NCBI RefSeq assembly: GCF_003334355.1
Contig: NZ_QOWP01000017.1
DNA: 64,000 nt
DNA from: Escherichia coli
GTDB taxonomy: Bacteria; Pseudomonadota; Gammaproteobacteria; Enterobacterales; Enterobacteriaceae
Direction: 5' to 3' (one strand)
In this document: one piece after another, positions 9,837 through 18,155 of the stretch
Position numbering within the stretch: the stretch's first letter is position 1
Layout of the letters: the number at the start of each line of letters is the position of its first letter
The notes under the pieces: model-generated
Databases searched by the model: none
What the model was told of the DNA's origin: nothing
What the model saw: the letters and a program-made list of their open reading frames with translations, nothing else
Translations under genes and position numbers: made by a program

Positions 9837-11609
9837 ATGACCATCACCACAGACACCACTCTTTTACACGACCCGCGTCGTCAGGCGGCGCTGCTGTACT
9901 GGCAGGGGTTTTCCGTGCCGCAGATTGCCGCCATGTTGCAGATGAAACGCCCGACGGTGCAGAGCTGGAAACAGCGCGACGGCTGGGACAGCGTTGCCCC
10001 CATCAGCCGTGTCGAAATGAGTCTGGAAGCGCGGCTGACCCAGCTCATCATCAAACCGCAGAAAACCGGCGGTGACTTCAAGGAAATTGACCTGCTGGGA
10101 CGCCAGATTGAACGGCTGGCGCGGGTCAACCGCTACAGTCAGACCGGCAACGAGGCAGACCTTAATCCGAACGTCGCTAACCGCAACAAAGGCGGGCGTC
10201 GCAAACCGAAAAAGAATTTTTTCAGTGACGAGGCCATCGAAAAGCTGGAGCAGATTTTCTTTGAGCAGTCTTTCGACTATCAGTTGCACTGGTATCGCGC
10301 CGGGCTTGAGCACCGCATCCGCGATATCCTGAAATCCCGCCAGATTGGCGCGACGTTTTATTTTTCCCGCGAGGCGCTGCTGCGCGCCCTGAAAACCGGT
10401 CATAACCAGATTTTTCTGTCGGCCAGTAAAACGCAGGCGTATGTGTTCCGCGAATACATCATCGCCTTTGCCCGGCTGGTTGACGTTGACCTGACCGGTG
10501 ACCCGATTGTCCTGGGCAATAACAGCGCAAAACTGATTTTTCTCGGCACCAACTCCAACACCGCGCAGAGCCATAACGGCGACCTGTACGTCGACGAGAT
10601 TTTCTGGATCCCGAATTTTCAGGTACTGCGTAAGGTGGCATCAGGTATGGCCTCACAGAGTCACCTGCGTTCGACCTATTTCTCCACCCCGTCCACGCTG
10701 GCGCACGACGCCTACCCGTTCTGGTCGGGTGAACTGTTTAACCGGGGACGCGCCAGCGCCGCCGAACGCGTGGAAATCGACGTCAGTCATAACGCCCTTG
10801 CCGGTGGACTTCTCTGTGCGGACGGCCAGTGGCGGCAGATTGTCACCATTGAGGACGCCCTGAAAGGCGGCTGCACGCTGTTCGACATTGAGCAGCTCAA
10901 ACGCGAAAACAGCGCCGACGATTTTAAAAACCTGTTCATGTGTGAATTTGTTGACGACAAGGCGTCGGTGTTCCCGTTCGAGGAGCTGCAACGCTGCATG
11001 GTCGACACGCTGGAAGAATGGGAAGACTATGCGCCGTTTGCCGCGAATCCGTTCGGCTCCCGCCCGGTATGGATTGGTTACGACCCGTCACACCGTGGCG
11101 ACAGCGCCGGATGCGTGGTACTGGCACCGCCGGTGGTAGCCGGTGGCAAATTCAGAATACTTGAGCGTCACCAGTGGAAAGGCATGGACTTTGCCACTCA
11201 GGCTGAATCCATCCGCAAACTCACCGAGAAATACAACGTCGAATACATCGGTATTGATGCCACCGGCCTCGGTGTCGGCGTGTTCCAGCTCGTGCGCTCG
11301 TTCTATCCCGCCGCACGCGACATCCGCTACACGCCGGAAATGAAAACCGCAATGGTGCTCAAGGCAAAAGACGTTATCCGCCGTGGCTGTCTGGAATATG
11401 ACGTCAGCGCCACCGACATCACCAGCTCGTTTATGGCTATCCGCAAGACCATGACCAGCAGCGGACGCAGCGCCACCTATGAGGCCAGCCGCAGCGAGGA
11501 AGCCAGCCACGCCGACCTCGCCTGGGCGACCATGCACGCCCTGTTAAATGAGCCACTCACCGCCGGTATCAGCACCCCGCTGACATCCACCATTCTGGAG
11601 TTTTACTGA
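9837..11609 (+). CDS. P: Terminase large (ATPase) subunit gpP
   Basis: Internal Met gives 590-aa MTITTDTTLLHDPRRQAALLYWQGF..., the size of P2 gpP. Confidence 0.9.
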   Translation: MTITTDTTLLHDPRRQAALLYWQGFSVPQIAAMLQMKRPTVQSWKQRDGWDSVAPISRVEMSLEARLTQLIIKPQKTGGDFKEIDLLGRQIERLARVNRYSQTGNEADLNPNVANRNKGGRRKPKKNFFSDEAIEKLEQIFFEQSFDYQLHWYRAGLEHRIRDILKSRQIGATFYFSREALLRALKTGHNQIFLSASKTQAYVFREYIIAFARLVDVDLTGDPIVLGNNSAKLIFLGTNSNTAQSHNGDLYVDEIFWIPNFQVLRKVASGMASQSHLRSTYFSTPSTLAHDAYPFWSGELFNRGRASAAERVEIDVSHNALAGGLLCADGQWRQIVTIEDALKGGCTLFDIEQLKRENSADDFKNLFMCEFVDDKASVFPFEELQRCMVDTLEEWEDYAPFAANPFGSRPVWIGYDPSHRGDSAGCVVLAPPVVAGGKFRILERHQWKGMDFATQAESIRKLTEKYNVEYIGIDATGLGVGVFQLVRSFYPAARDIRYTPEMKTAMVLKAKDVIRRGCLEYDVSATDITSSFMAIRKTMTSSGRSATYEASRSEEASHADLAWATMHALLNEPLTAGISTPLTSTILEFY

Positions 11610-12643
11610 TGAGCAAGAAAAAAGGGAAAACACCGCAACCTGCGGCAAAAAAAATGACCGCCAGCGCCCCGAAAATGGAGGCATTCACCTTTGGTGAGCC
11701 GGTGCCGGTACTCGACCGCCGTGACATTCTGGATTACGTCGAGTGCATCAGTAACGGCAGATGGTATGAGCCACCGGTCAGCTTTACCGGTCTGGCAAAA
11801 AGTCTGCGTGCTGCCGTGCATCACAGCTCACCGATTTACGTCAAACGTAATATTCTGGCCTCGACATTTATCCCGCATCCGTGGCTTTCCCAGCAGGATT
11901 TCAGCCGCTTTGTGCTGGATTTTCTGGTGTTCGGTAATGCGTTTCTGGAAAAGCGTTACAGCACCACCGGTAAGGTCATCAGACTGGAAACCTCACCGGC
12001 CAAATATACCCGTCGTGGCGTGGAGGAGGATGTTTACTGGTGGGTGCCGTCCTTCAACGAGCCGACAGCCTTCGCGCCCGGCTCCGTGTTTCATCTGCTG
12101 GAGCCTGATATTAATCAGGAGCTGTACGGCCTGCCGGAATATCTCAGCGCCCTTAACTCTGCCTGGCTGAATGAGTCGGCCACGCTGTTCCGCCGCAAGT
12201 ATTACGAAAACGGCGCACATGCCGGATACATCATGTACGTCACCGATGCCGTGCAGGACCGCAACGATATCGAAATGCTTCGCGAAAACATGGTGAAGTC
12301 GAAAGGCCGCAACAACTTTAAAAACCTGTTTCTCTATGCCCCGCAGGGGAAAGCCGACGGCATTAAAATTATCCCGCTCAGTGAAGTGGCGACGAAGGAC
12401 GATTTTTTTAATATCAAAAAAGCCAGCGCCGCTGACCTGCTGGACGCGCACCGCATCCCTTTTCAGTTGATGGGCGGCAAGCCGGAGAACGTCGGATCGC
12501 TGGGCGATATTGAGAAAGTGGCAAAGGTCTTTGTCCGCAATGAGCTTATCCCGCTACAGGACAGAATTCGGGAAATAAACGGCTGGCTCGGCCAGGAGGT
12601 CATCCGCTTTAAAAACTACTCACTGGAGACTGACAACGGCTGA
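11609..12643 (+). CDS. Q: Portal protein gpQ
   Basis: ORF track 344 aa MSKKKGKTPQPAAKKM...; recognised as P2 gpQ family. Confidence 0.9.
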   Translation: MSKKKGKTPQPAAKKMTASAPKMEAFTFGEPVPVLDRRDILDYVECISNGRWYEPPVSFTGLAKSLRAAVHHSSPIYVKRNILASTFIPHPWLSQQDFSRFVLDFLVFGNAFLEKRYSTTGKVIRLETSPAKYTRRGVEEDVYWWVPSFNEPTAFAPGSVFHLLEPDINQELYGLPEYLSALNSAWLNESATLFRRKYYENGAHAGYIMYVTDAVQDRNDIEMLRENMVKSKGRNNFKNLFLYAPQGKADGIKIIPLSEVATKDDFFNIKKASAADLLDAHRIPFQLMGGKPENVGSLGDIEKVAKVFVRNELIPLQDRIREINGWLGQEVIRFKNYSLETDNG

Positions 12644-12648
12644 ACATC

Positions 12649-12670
12649 GCCGCCTGCGGGCGGCTTTTTT
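12649..12670 (+). terminator. Intrinsic terminator after Q
   Basis: gccgcc-tgcg-ggcggc hairpin followed by T6 at 12665..12670, 5 nt after Q stop. Confidence 0.7.
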
Positions 12671-12812
12671 ACACCCCGCCATCACGCCCTCACACGCTCA
12701 TCACCGCACAAAAAATCCCGCAGACACACCAACGCCTCAACTGGCAGACTAAACGCCATCACGACGCGCTCAGACGCTGAAAAAATAAAATCAGCACCAC
12801 CGCCAGCGCGCA

Positions 12813-12831
12813 GTGCTTTCCCCGCCTCGCC
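12813..12831. other. cos: P2 cos site (19-nt cohesive end, joined in prophage)
   Basis: gtgctttccccgcctcgcc is the reverse complement of the P2 cohesive end GGCGAGGCGGGGAAAGCAC (from memory); lies between Q and A as expected. Confidence 0.85.
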
Positions 12832-13116
12832 CGCCCGCTTCATGGGGCGGTTTTAATGCAGTTGCATAGATACTATGGATCCGCACCAGTCCTGACCGCA
12901 CGCAGCCTGAACGGACATCCCCAACGCATGCAAAAACATTCACTTGTTGCATGCATAGCTTTTTAAGTACGCCATACCGCAACTGTACATTTTTAAGCAA
13001 TTGGCAACCTTAAAAAATTTACATTGCTTTCAAGACCTTATCATCCGTAGTCTCTGTTTTTTACTTTGAGCTACATCAATAAAATCTCAAACATGTTTAA
13101 TGCAAAGCCCTTGTTA

Positions 13117-13169
13117 CACAACATAGAATGTATGTCTAGAAACAACGACATACTATATGTTGTGTTTTT
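13117..13169 (+). terminator. Interrupted 15-bp stem-loop plus T5 (terminator-like or operator)
   Basis: cacaacata/tatgttgtg outer stem and tatgtc/gacata inner stem, 10-nt loop, then ttttt. Confidence 0.3.
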
Positions 13170-13231
13170 CCGGCTCTCTGTTCGGTGATATGCCAAATCA
13201 CTTTGCGTTTAAACAGAGCATTATTTCAGGG

Positions 13232-13246
13232 CAAGACTTCGCTCAA
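13232..13246. repeat. Direct repeat copy 1 (caagacttcgctcaa)
   Basis: Exact 15-mer also at 13496..13510. Confidence 0.9.
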
Positions 13247-13309
13247 AAGTCATTCCACCTAAGAAGCGCATATACCGGTGGAAGTTGCCCTCTACTTACA
13301 GGAGGCAAT

Positions 13310-13423
13310 ATGAAGAAATGCTATTACTGCATTCTCGTTCTGGCCCTCTTTGGCTATCCAAACGGTAGTCCGAGTGGTTTGTCAGTAAACGTCAGTAATA
13401 TCAATGTCAGCATTATGCTTTAA
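13310..13423 (+). CDS. Hypothetical small hydrophobic peptide (37 aa) in the P2 old/tin hotspot
   Basis: aggagg at 13300..13305, 4-nt spacer, ATG; MKKCYYCILVLALFGYPNGSPSGLSVNVSNINVSIML; terminator directly downstream. No homolog recognised. Confidence 0.4.
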   Translation: MKKCYYCILVLALFGYPNGSPSGLSVNVSNINVSIML

Positions 13424-13440
13424 TATGCTTCAAACAAAAA

Positions 13441-13465
13441 AACCACCTGCCAGGGTGGTTTTTTT
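13441..13465. terminator. Bidirectional intrinsic terminator
   Basis: accacc/ggtggt stem with A-run upstream (13434..13442) and T7 downstream (13459..13465). Confidence 0.65.
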
Positions 13466-13495
13466 GCGCCCATCATCAATACGATGAAAGACTGA

Positions 13496-13510
13496 CAAGA
13501 CTTCGCTCAA
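13496..13510. repeat. Direct repeat copy 2 (caagacttcgctcaa)
   Basis: Exact 15-mer identical to 13232..13246. Confidence 0.9.
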
Positions 13511-13725
13511 GACGAATTATGCGTCGACATAAGGTTACCCGCAATGATTTTATTAGACTAAATGGATGGCCTTTTATGACCCGGATCAAACGGCTGTCCT
13601 TACCGACATGCTAGTCACTCAATAGCATTTAGCCTTCTAATTCAGCATGCTATTGACCTTCTGCTGCCCCATAACTGCTCCGCATAAGCCATTCAATGCC
13701 ATATCAAATCACGTTGTATTTTTAC

Positions 13726-16002
13726 TCAAATTGGTAACGAGAACCCCGGCCACTCATCAGCAACCGGATACGTGAATTTTTTCCCGTCATAATTTACGGT
13801 CGCGCCACGCGCCAGCGCCTCAAGCTCCCATCGTTGCGGCCTGATACCGTTCTGAGCGAGGTCAACGCGGATACGGGTAATTTGCAATCGTTCAGACCTG
13901 GTCAGTCTGGCAGATGGTGCAATTTCATGCGGTTTTAACGGGATTCCGTTTCTTTGCTGACGATTTGGTGTTCTCAGTCCGTGTTTTAATGCGCCCCTGA
14001 GCGCCATCACGACCTCCGGGTCACTCCATTCGATAACACCGTCATCTACCAGATTAAGCACTGCTGCGGCGTGCTCAGAAGGTGTGGGAGCCGGTAACGA
14101 AGTATCACCACCGGTGAGCTTTCCACAGTTATTGACAGGACTCCGAGGCGCGGCGATGCCGCTTTTTAAAGTCAAAGGCTCAACGACCGGAACTTTCGGC
14201 ACAATGCGCCAGTCCGTCGTTCTGGTGATATGAATATGACGCGCGCCGAGATGCGGCGCGTAAATGCCGACCACTCTCTCGACTTCTTCCTCGTACTCGT
14301 TAACGTCATCCGACGGGCTACGGGCAACCCTGACAGTCTGACAATCGCGCGGGACATTTGCCCCACCCTGCGCGCTGATATACAACGCAAAATCACCACT
14401 GTCTGCAGCAGCGCGAGCAGCCTCGACGCGTTCGTCAAACTCATTAGCAATACTGACGCCGCGAGGCAATTTGCGTAGTTCACGGTAAGCCCCCATTGTC
14501 GGCAGGCCAACCGTTTTAAATTGCGGGATGCGCCACGTTGACGCCCATGCGGTAACAGCCGCCGCTGTGTCTTTCAGCGGTCTGCCGGTATCGTTATCGA
14601 GCTGACCATCCAGTGCATAGCCGTCGATGTTTTTTGAAATGTATTTCGCGATATATCCCGCAGCACCGCCCCGGTTAAGGTATTTTGCCTGAAAACGGTT
14701 TCGCGCGGCTCCTCTTTCGTCGCCATCCTCTTTGAGCGCATAGCGACGCATGATTTCGATAATCTGGTTGCGCTGGCGTGGATTACAAAAAAGCATCATA
14801 TGCCAGTGCGGCGTTCCGTCGTGGTGTGGCTCGACGACACGCAAACCGTAGGCCTGTAAATCATTATCCTTGAATGCCGTGCGCATCAGGCTCCAGATAC
14901 GGCAGAGATAACGCTGCGCATCCTTTGGATTAAATGCCTCATCGTTCCAGCCGTGATTAAGCTGAACGGTTTTACTTTCGCCTTTTCCGACCTGACGTGT
15001 CGGGTGATACTTTGACGGCGCGGTCAGCGTGATAAACATCCCCACATCACCCTCTGCGGCGGCGTAACGCTCAATACCGGCAATGGTGTTCATCAGCTCC
15101 ATCCGGCGAATTTCAGGATTAGAAATACTGCCCATCACCTTACTGATAAGGTCGATGCGCTCGCCGGTTTCCCTGTTTTCAAGGTCACACGATTTAAGAA
15201 ATTCCAGATTTGCCTGGCGGCGCGCACGCACATCACGAATGGCATGTTTACTGGCATAAGGAGAACGGTCTTTATTGACCTCCCCGACAGCAATCAGTAA
15301 CGCCTCATGCCAGCGCATACGCTGGCCTTTAAGCTGATGAGTCCACCACTCATCGTTAAACAGGCGGGCAATGGCAGAATATGCCTGCCTCGTGGTCATC
15401 TGTCCTTTACGGTATTTTTTCCAGTAGAGCGGGGAAATATTGAAAGCACGTGCAGCGCCAGCAACATGACCATAGAGGTGAGCCTGCGCCTCATCCGTAA
15501 ACAGCGATTCTTTTTCGCCATGTGCATCAACCCAGGCATCGCAGAGTTCCTCATACATCATGAAAAGCTGCGATGAGATACGGGCAGCAAACTTTTTCAG
15601 CTCCTTGTCATTCATTCCTGGCAGGCGCGCATAGTGGTCACGCTCTGCCAGAAACAGCAACGACGCGTCGGTGTTCATTTCATGGCGCTGATTCACACGC
15701 TCAATGCGCGGCCATAAACGACGCTGAAAAGTGGATGTGAGGAAATAAAACCCGTGCACCGGGCTTTTATTGCGCCGGATGTAGTCATAGCGTGAAGTAA
15801 ACAGCGAGCGCAAAAAGTAAGGCAGGCGGTTAATCGTGGATAAAACACCTTGCACCTGACGCATCTCGTCACGTGTAAGGGGTCTTTCGCGCCCGACAGC
15901 CTCGCGTGGCGCGTTCCATGCATAAGCACCGGTAAACGCCTTACCGGTGCCTGCGGCAAATGCTGACGGAGGGACAAAACGCCCGGAGGCTTTAACGGCC
16001 AT
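13726..16002 (-). CDS. A: Replication initiation protein gpA (rolling-circle nickase)
   Basis: ORF track 772 aa (track start is TTG at 16044); ATG at 16002 gives MAVKASGRFVPPSAF..., matching P2 gpA as recalled; start uncertain. Confidence 0.9.
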   Translation of the reverse strand: MAVKASGRFVPPSAFAAGTGKAFTGAYAWNAPREAVGRERPLTRDEMRQVQGVLSTINRLPYFLRSLFTSRYDYIRRNKSPVHGFYFLTSTFQRRLWPRIERVNQRHEMNTDASLLFLAERDHYARLPGMNDKELKKFAARISSQLFMMYEELCDAWVDAHGEKESLFTDEAQAHLYGHVAGAARAFNISPLYWKKYRKGQMTTRQAYSAIARLFNDEWWTHQLKGQRMRWHEALLIAVGEVNKDRSPYASKHAIRDVRARRQANLEFLKSCDLENRETGERIDLISKVMGSISNPEIRRMELMNTIAGIERYAAAEGDVGMFITLTAPSKYHPTRQVGKGESKTVQLNHGWNDEAFNPKDAQRYLCRIWSLMRTAFKDNDLQAYGLRVVEPHHDGTPHWHMMLFCNPRQRNQIIEIMRRYALKEDGDERGAARNRFQAKYLNRGGAAGYIAKYISKNIDGYALDGQLDNDTGRPLKDTAAAVTAWASTWRIPQFKTVGLPTMGAYRELRKLPRGVSIANEFDERVEAARAAADSGDFALYISAQGGANVPRDCQTVRVARSPSDDVNEYEEEVERVVGIYAPHLGARHIHITRTTDWRIVPKVPVVEPLTLKSGIAAPRSPVNNCGKLTGGDTSLPAPTPSEHAAAVLNLVDDGVIEWSDPEVVMALRGALKHGLRTPNRQQRNGIPLKPHEIAPSARLTRSERLQITRIRVDLAQNGIRPQRWELEALARGATVNYDGKKFTYPVADEWPGFSLPI

Positions 16003-16267
16003 ATGAGCCAAAAGCCTCTGAACAACGCCTGCTGAGTTGCTCAACCTGCGCGTTTAAATCAGCAAAAGACTTTGCGCTTCCGGTCAGAATATCGTGATGC
16101 ATCAGGCCGGAAACGAGCTGGCTTAATTTCGGATAATAACCAACCACCGCCAGCCATTCCTGACCGGCGTTTTTACCGCTTTCCGCTCTCTTTTTCTCGT
16201 GGAGAATAAACTGAAAGCTGTCACTGGTAACGACATAACGTTCGCCAATTTCAATACGAATACTCAT
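15992..16267 (-). CDS. P2 early-operon small protein (orf83-like)
   Basis: ORF track 91 aa; position just upstream of A. Confidence 0.6.
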   Translation of the reverse strand: MSIRIEIGERYVVTSDSFQFILHEKKRAESGKNAGQEWLAVVGYYPKLSQLVSGLMHHDILTGSAKSFADLNAQVEQLSRRCSEAFGSYGR

Positions 16268-16488
16268 GCCGTTCTCCGGTAATGTTTGTTTTTTGCTTCA
16301 AAGACTGACTGGCAGGAAACACAACGCGTGGCTGACGGATAAGCCGCACGACGGGCAGCAGGTATTGGCGCGTCACACTCTTCGCAAACCAGCGCAGAAG
16401 CACCGCAATGTTTTACCCTTGCCGCGTTAATCTGACGCTCCAGTAATTCAGCCTGTTGTTCCTGAATAAAATCCACGTTGTCCGGCAT
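16264..16488 (-). CDS. DksA/TraR-type C4 zinc-finger protein (P2 orf82-like)
   Basis: ORF track 74 aa with CxxC...CxxC (CEECDAPIP...CVSC). Confidence 0.75.
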   Translation of the reverse strand: MPDNVDFIQEQQAELLERQINAARVKHCGASALVCEECDAPIPAARRAAYPSATRCVSCQSVFEAKNKHYRRTA

Positions 16489-16793
16489 TACCAGCTCCTT
16501 TTGTCGTTAAGTTTTTTAAATTCATCAGCGCAATAGCTGGCAATTTCTGTCGTTAATTTCGTCAGTTCATCCACGGAGGAGATTTGCTTGTGAAATACAG
16601 CGCGTTTAACAAGTAAATTGACCACATCAGACAGGATATTTAATTCATTCTGATAAATCGCGATAACAGACTCAGTTATTTCGCGTTTTTCTTTATCAAG
16701 ACCAAGTTGAATAAGAGATAGATCGCCATTTTTCATAACGGTGATTTTTAAGGCGTTATTCAGTAATACAACTGAACGAGAACAGGACATCAA
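16488..16793 (-). CDS. Hypothetical early-operon protein, AT-rich
   Basis: ORF track 101 aa, K/N/I-rich, visibly lower GC than flanking genes; start and stop overlap neighbours. Confidence 0.55.
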   Translation of the reverse strand: MMSCSRSVVLLNNALKITVMKNGDLSLIQLGLDKEKREITESVIAIYQNELNILSDVVNLLVKRAVFHKQISSVDELTKLTTEIASYCADEFKKLNDKRSW

Positions 16794-17014
16794 AGCACCT
16801 CCCCGCGAGACAATCCGATATTGTGAAATTTTTCCGACTCCTGACTGAGCAGCTCGACTATCTCTACGCGGGATAACTCCGCCTTTGTGATGTGTCGAAT
16901 CATGGCGTCAAGATGAGAAGAAAAGCGCGTCGCTGCATCGGCCTGTGCTTCGGTTCTGGCCTGTTGCAGCAGTAATGCGTATTTACCGCACTGATTTTCA
17001 GAAACTGTATGCAT
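16790..17014 (-). CDS. Hypothetical early-operon protein (orf80-like)
   Basis: Track ORF 85 aa; ATG at 17014 preceded by ggaga. Confidence 0.55.
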   Translation of the reverse strand: MHTVSENQCGKYALLLQQARTEAQADAATRFSSHLDAMIRHITKAELSRVEIVELLSQESEKFHNIGLSRGEVL

Positions 17015-17077
17015 GACTTTCTCCAGGCAAAAAGAAGCCCCGCACAATTAAGTGCGTTAAAAACTCTGGTTAATTAC

Positions 17078-17584
17078 TTAATGCAGATATTGCTCTGGTT
17101 TTACCGACGTCAGAATTGTCGGTGCATACTCAAACAGGCTGAATAATTCACGTAATGCACGGAATAAAGCATCACGCCAGTAACATGATTCTTCATTAAT
17201 TCGCCAGTATGGCTGGTTGAATTCTTTTTCAGTCAATCCGGCATGCATAAATAAAGTACGACGCTGACTGACTGTTAAAAAACTAATATATGCATACTCA
17301 CTTGCGCCAACCTGACGGCGTTTTGAGAATGCCCCACGCAATTCATCAATTGCACAAACCAGCCGTTCACGTTCGACGTCGTTCATTTCTTCAAAACGCA
17401 TCGTTGCGTGACGTTGTTTTAACTGCGCATGAAAGCAAACTGTTAGCCGTTCGCGCTCCATCATCTGATTATAATAATCACATGTATCCTGCCAGCGAGG
17501 GACGGCCAGATGCTTACCAATTATCCGGCGCATAGCTGCTGGCTGTTTTTCAACGAGATTGAGCGTCATCACTGTCATTTCCAT
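17078..17584 (-). CDS. B: Replication protein gpB (helicase loader)
   Basis: ORF track 168 aa ...MTVMTLNLVEKQPAAMRRIIGKHLAVPRWQDTCDYY...; recognised as P2 gpB family. Confidence 0.85.
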   Translation of the reverse strand: MEMTVMTLNLVEKQPAAMRRIIGKHLAVPRWQDTCDYYNQMMERERLTVCFHAQLKQRHATMRFEEMNDVERERLVCAIDELRGAFSKRRQVGASEYAYISFLTVSQRRTLFMHAGLTEKEFNQPYWRINEESCYWRDALFRALRELFSLFEYAPTILTSVKPEQYLH

Positions 17585-17772
17585 ACCCTCCGGCTTTTCA
17601 GAAAGGTCAGAGCCTTTTTTAACGGACTCTGTTTTTTGGTGCGGATAATGATTCCCTTACGCCCCTTACCGTGGGTGATGGTGAAGTCAATCGCCCTGGG
17701 GCTTTCGTTACGCAGTAACTGCGCAATACAACGCGGCTCATTCATAATCACAACCCCATCCACAAAAGCCAT
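17575..17772 (-). CDS. Small early protein between cox and B (orf78-like)
   Basis: ORF track 65 aa; position. Confidence 0.5.
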   Translation of the reverse strand: MAFVDGVVIMNEPRCIAQLLRNESPRAIDFTITHGKGRKGIIIRTKKQSPLKKALTFLKSRRVWK

Positions 17773-18020
17773 GCATCACGCTGTTCAACCGGTCGGTTAT
17801 AAAACGCCTCACGTACAGCGCGATTAAACTCTGGAATGAAAACCCATTTCTCACCGGCGCGGGCCTTCGGCTTATTTGGATCTCGAAGCTCGATAACCGG
17901 TAGCTTGTTAGCCTTTATCATTTCTGTAACTGCGGTTTTTGGTTTACCCAATAAATCTGCAAACTTTTCCGCATGTACCGCATCAAGCGGGTACTTAATC
18001 ACATAATCATTAACTTCCAT
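17748..18020 (-). CDS. cox: Cox (excisionase / switch regulator)
   Basis: ORF track 90 aa MEVNDYVIKYPLDAVHAEKFADLLGKPKTAVTEMIKANKLPVIE...; divergent from C. Confidence 0.85.
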   Translation of the reverse strand: MEVNDYVIKYPLDAVHAEKFADLLGKPKTAVTEMIKANKLPVIELRDPNKPKARAGEKWVFIPEFNRAVREAFYNRPVEQRDAWLLWMGL

Positions 18021-18155
18021 CTATGTTACCCTCATAGGATCCAGCCCCTTAAAAACCGCTTGGAACCGTTTAAGCGGCGCTGGACTCACGCCCGAAAAGG
18101 TTCTGGATTAATGACCTTTTCGGGGAATATAGTCATTAAGTCAGGACTATGTCAA
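18021..18155. promoter_or_regulatory. Immunity switch region (Pe/Pc promoters and operators)
   Basis: Intergenic between divergent cox and C; from P2 biology, sites not pinpointed. Confidence 0.5.

Noticed and set aside
9864-10574. 236-aa minus-strand ORF
   Set aside because: Antisense within terminase large subunit gpP; no independent support.
12857-12967. 36-codon plus-strand ORF (MQLHRYYGSAPVLTARSLNGHPQRMQKHSLVACIAF) just right of cos
   Set aside because: Weak or absent SD and it lies within the probable cos-proximal packaging sequences; kept only as a note.
12791-13000. 69-aa minus-strand ORF spanning the cos site
   Set aside because: It crosses the cohesive-end sequence and packaging region, has no SD, and encodes a low-complexity R/G-rich product; likely spurious.
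13157-13423. 88-aa ORF from the track as a single gene
   Set aside because: Its start lies inside the 13117..13169 hairpin and has no ribosome-binding site; only the in-frame 37-codon portion from ATG 13310 has a strong SD.
13232-13510. Retron-like msr/msd locus suggested by the flanking direct repeats
   Set aside because: No reverse transcriptase gene adjacent, and the repeats are direct rather than the inverted a1/a2 arrangement.
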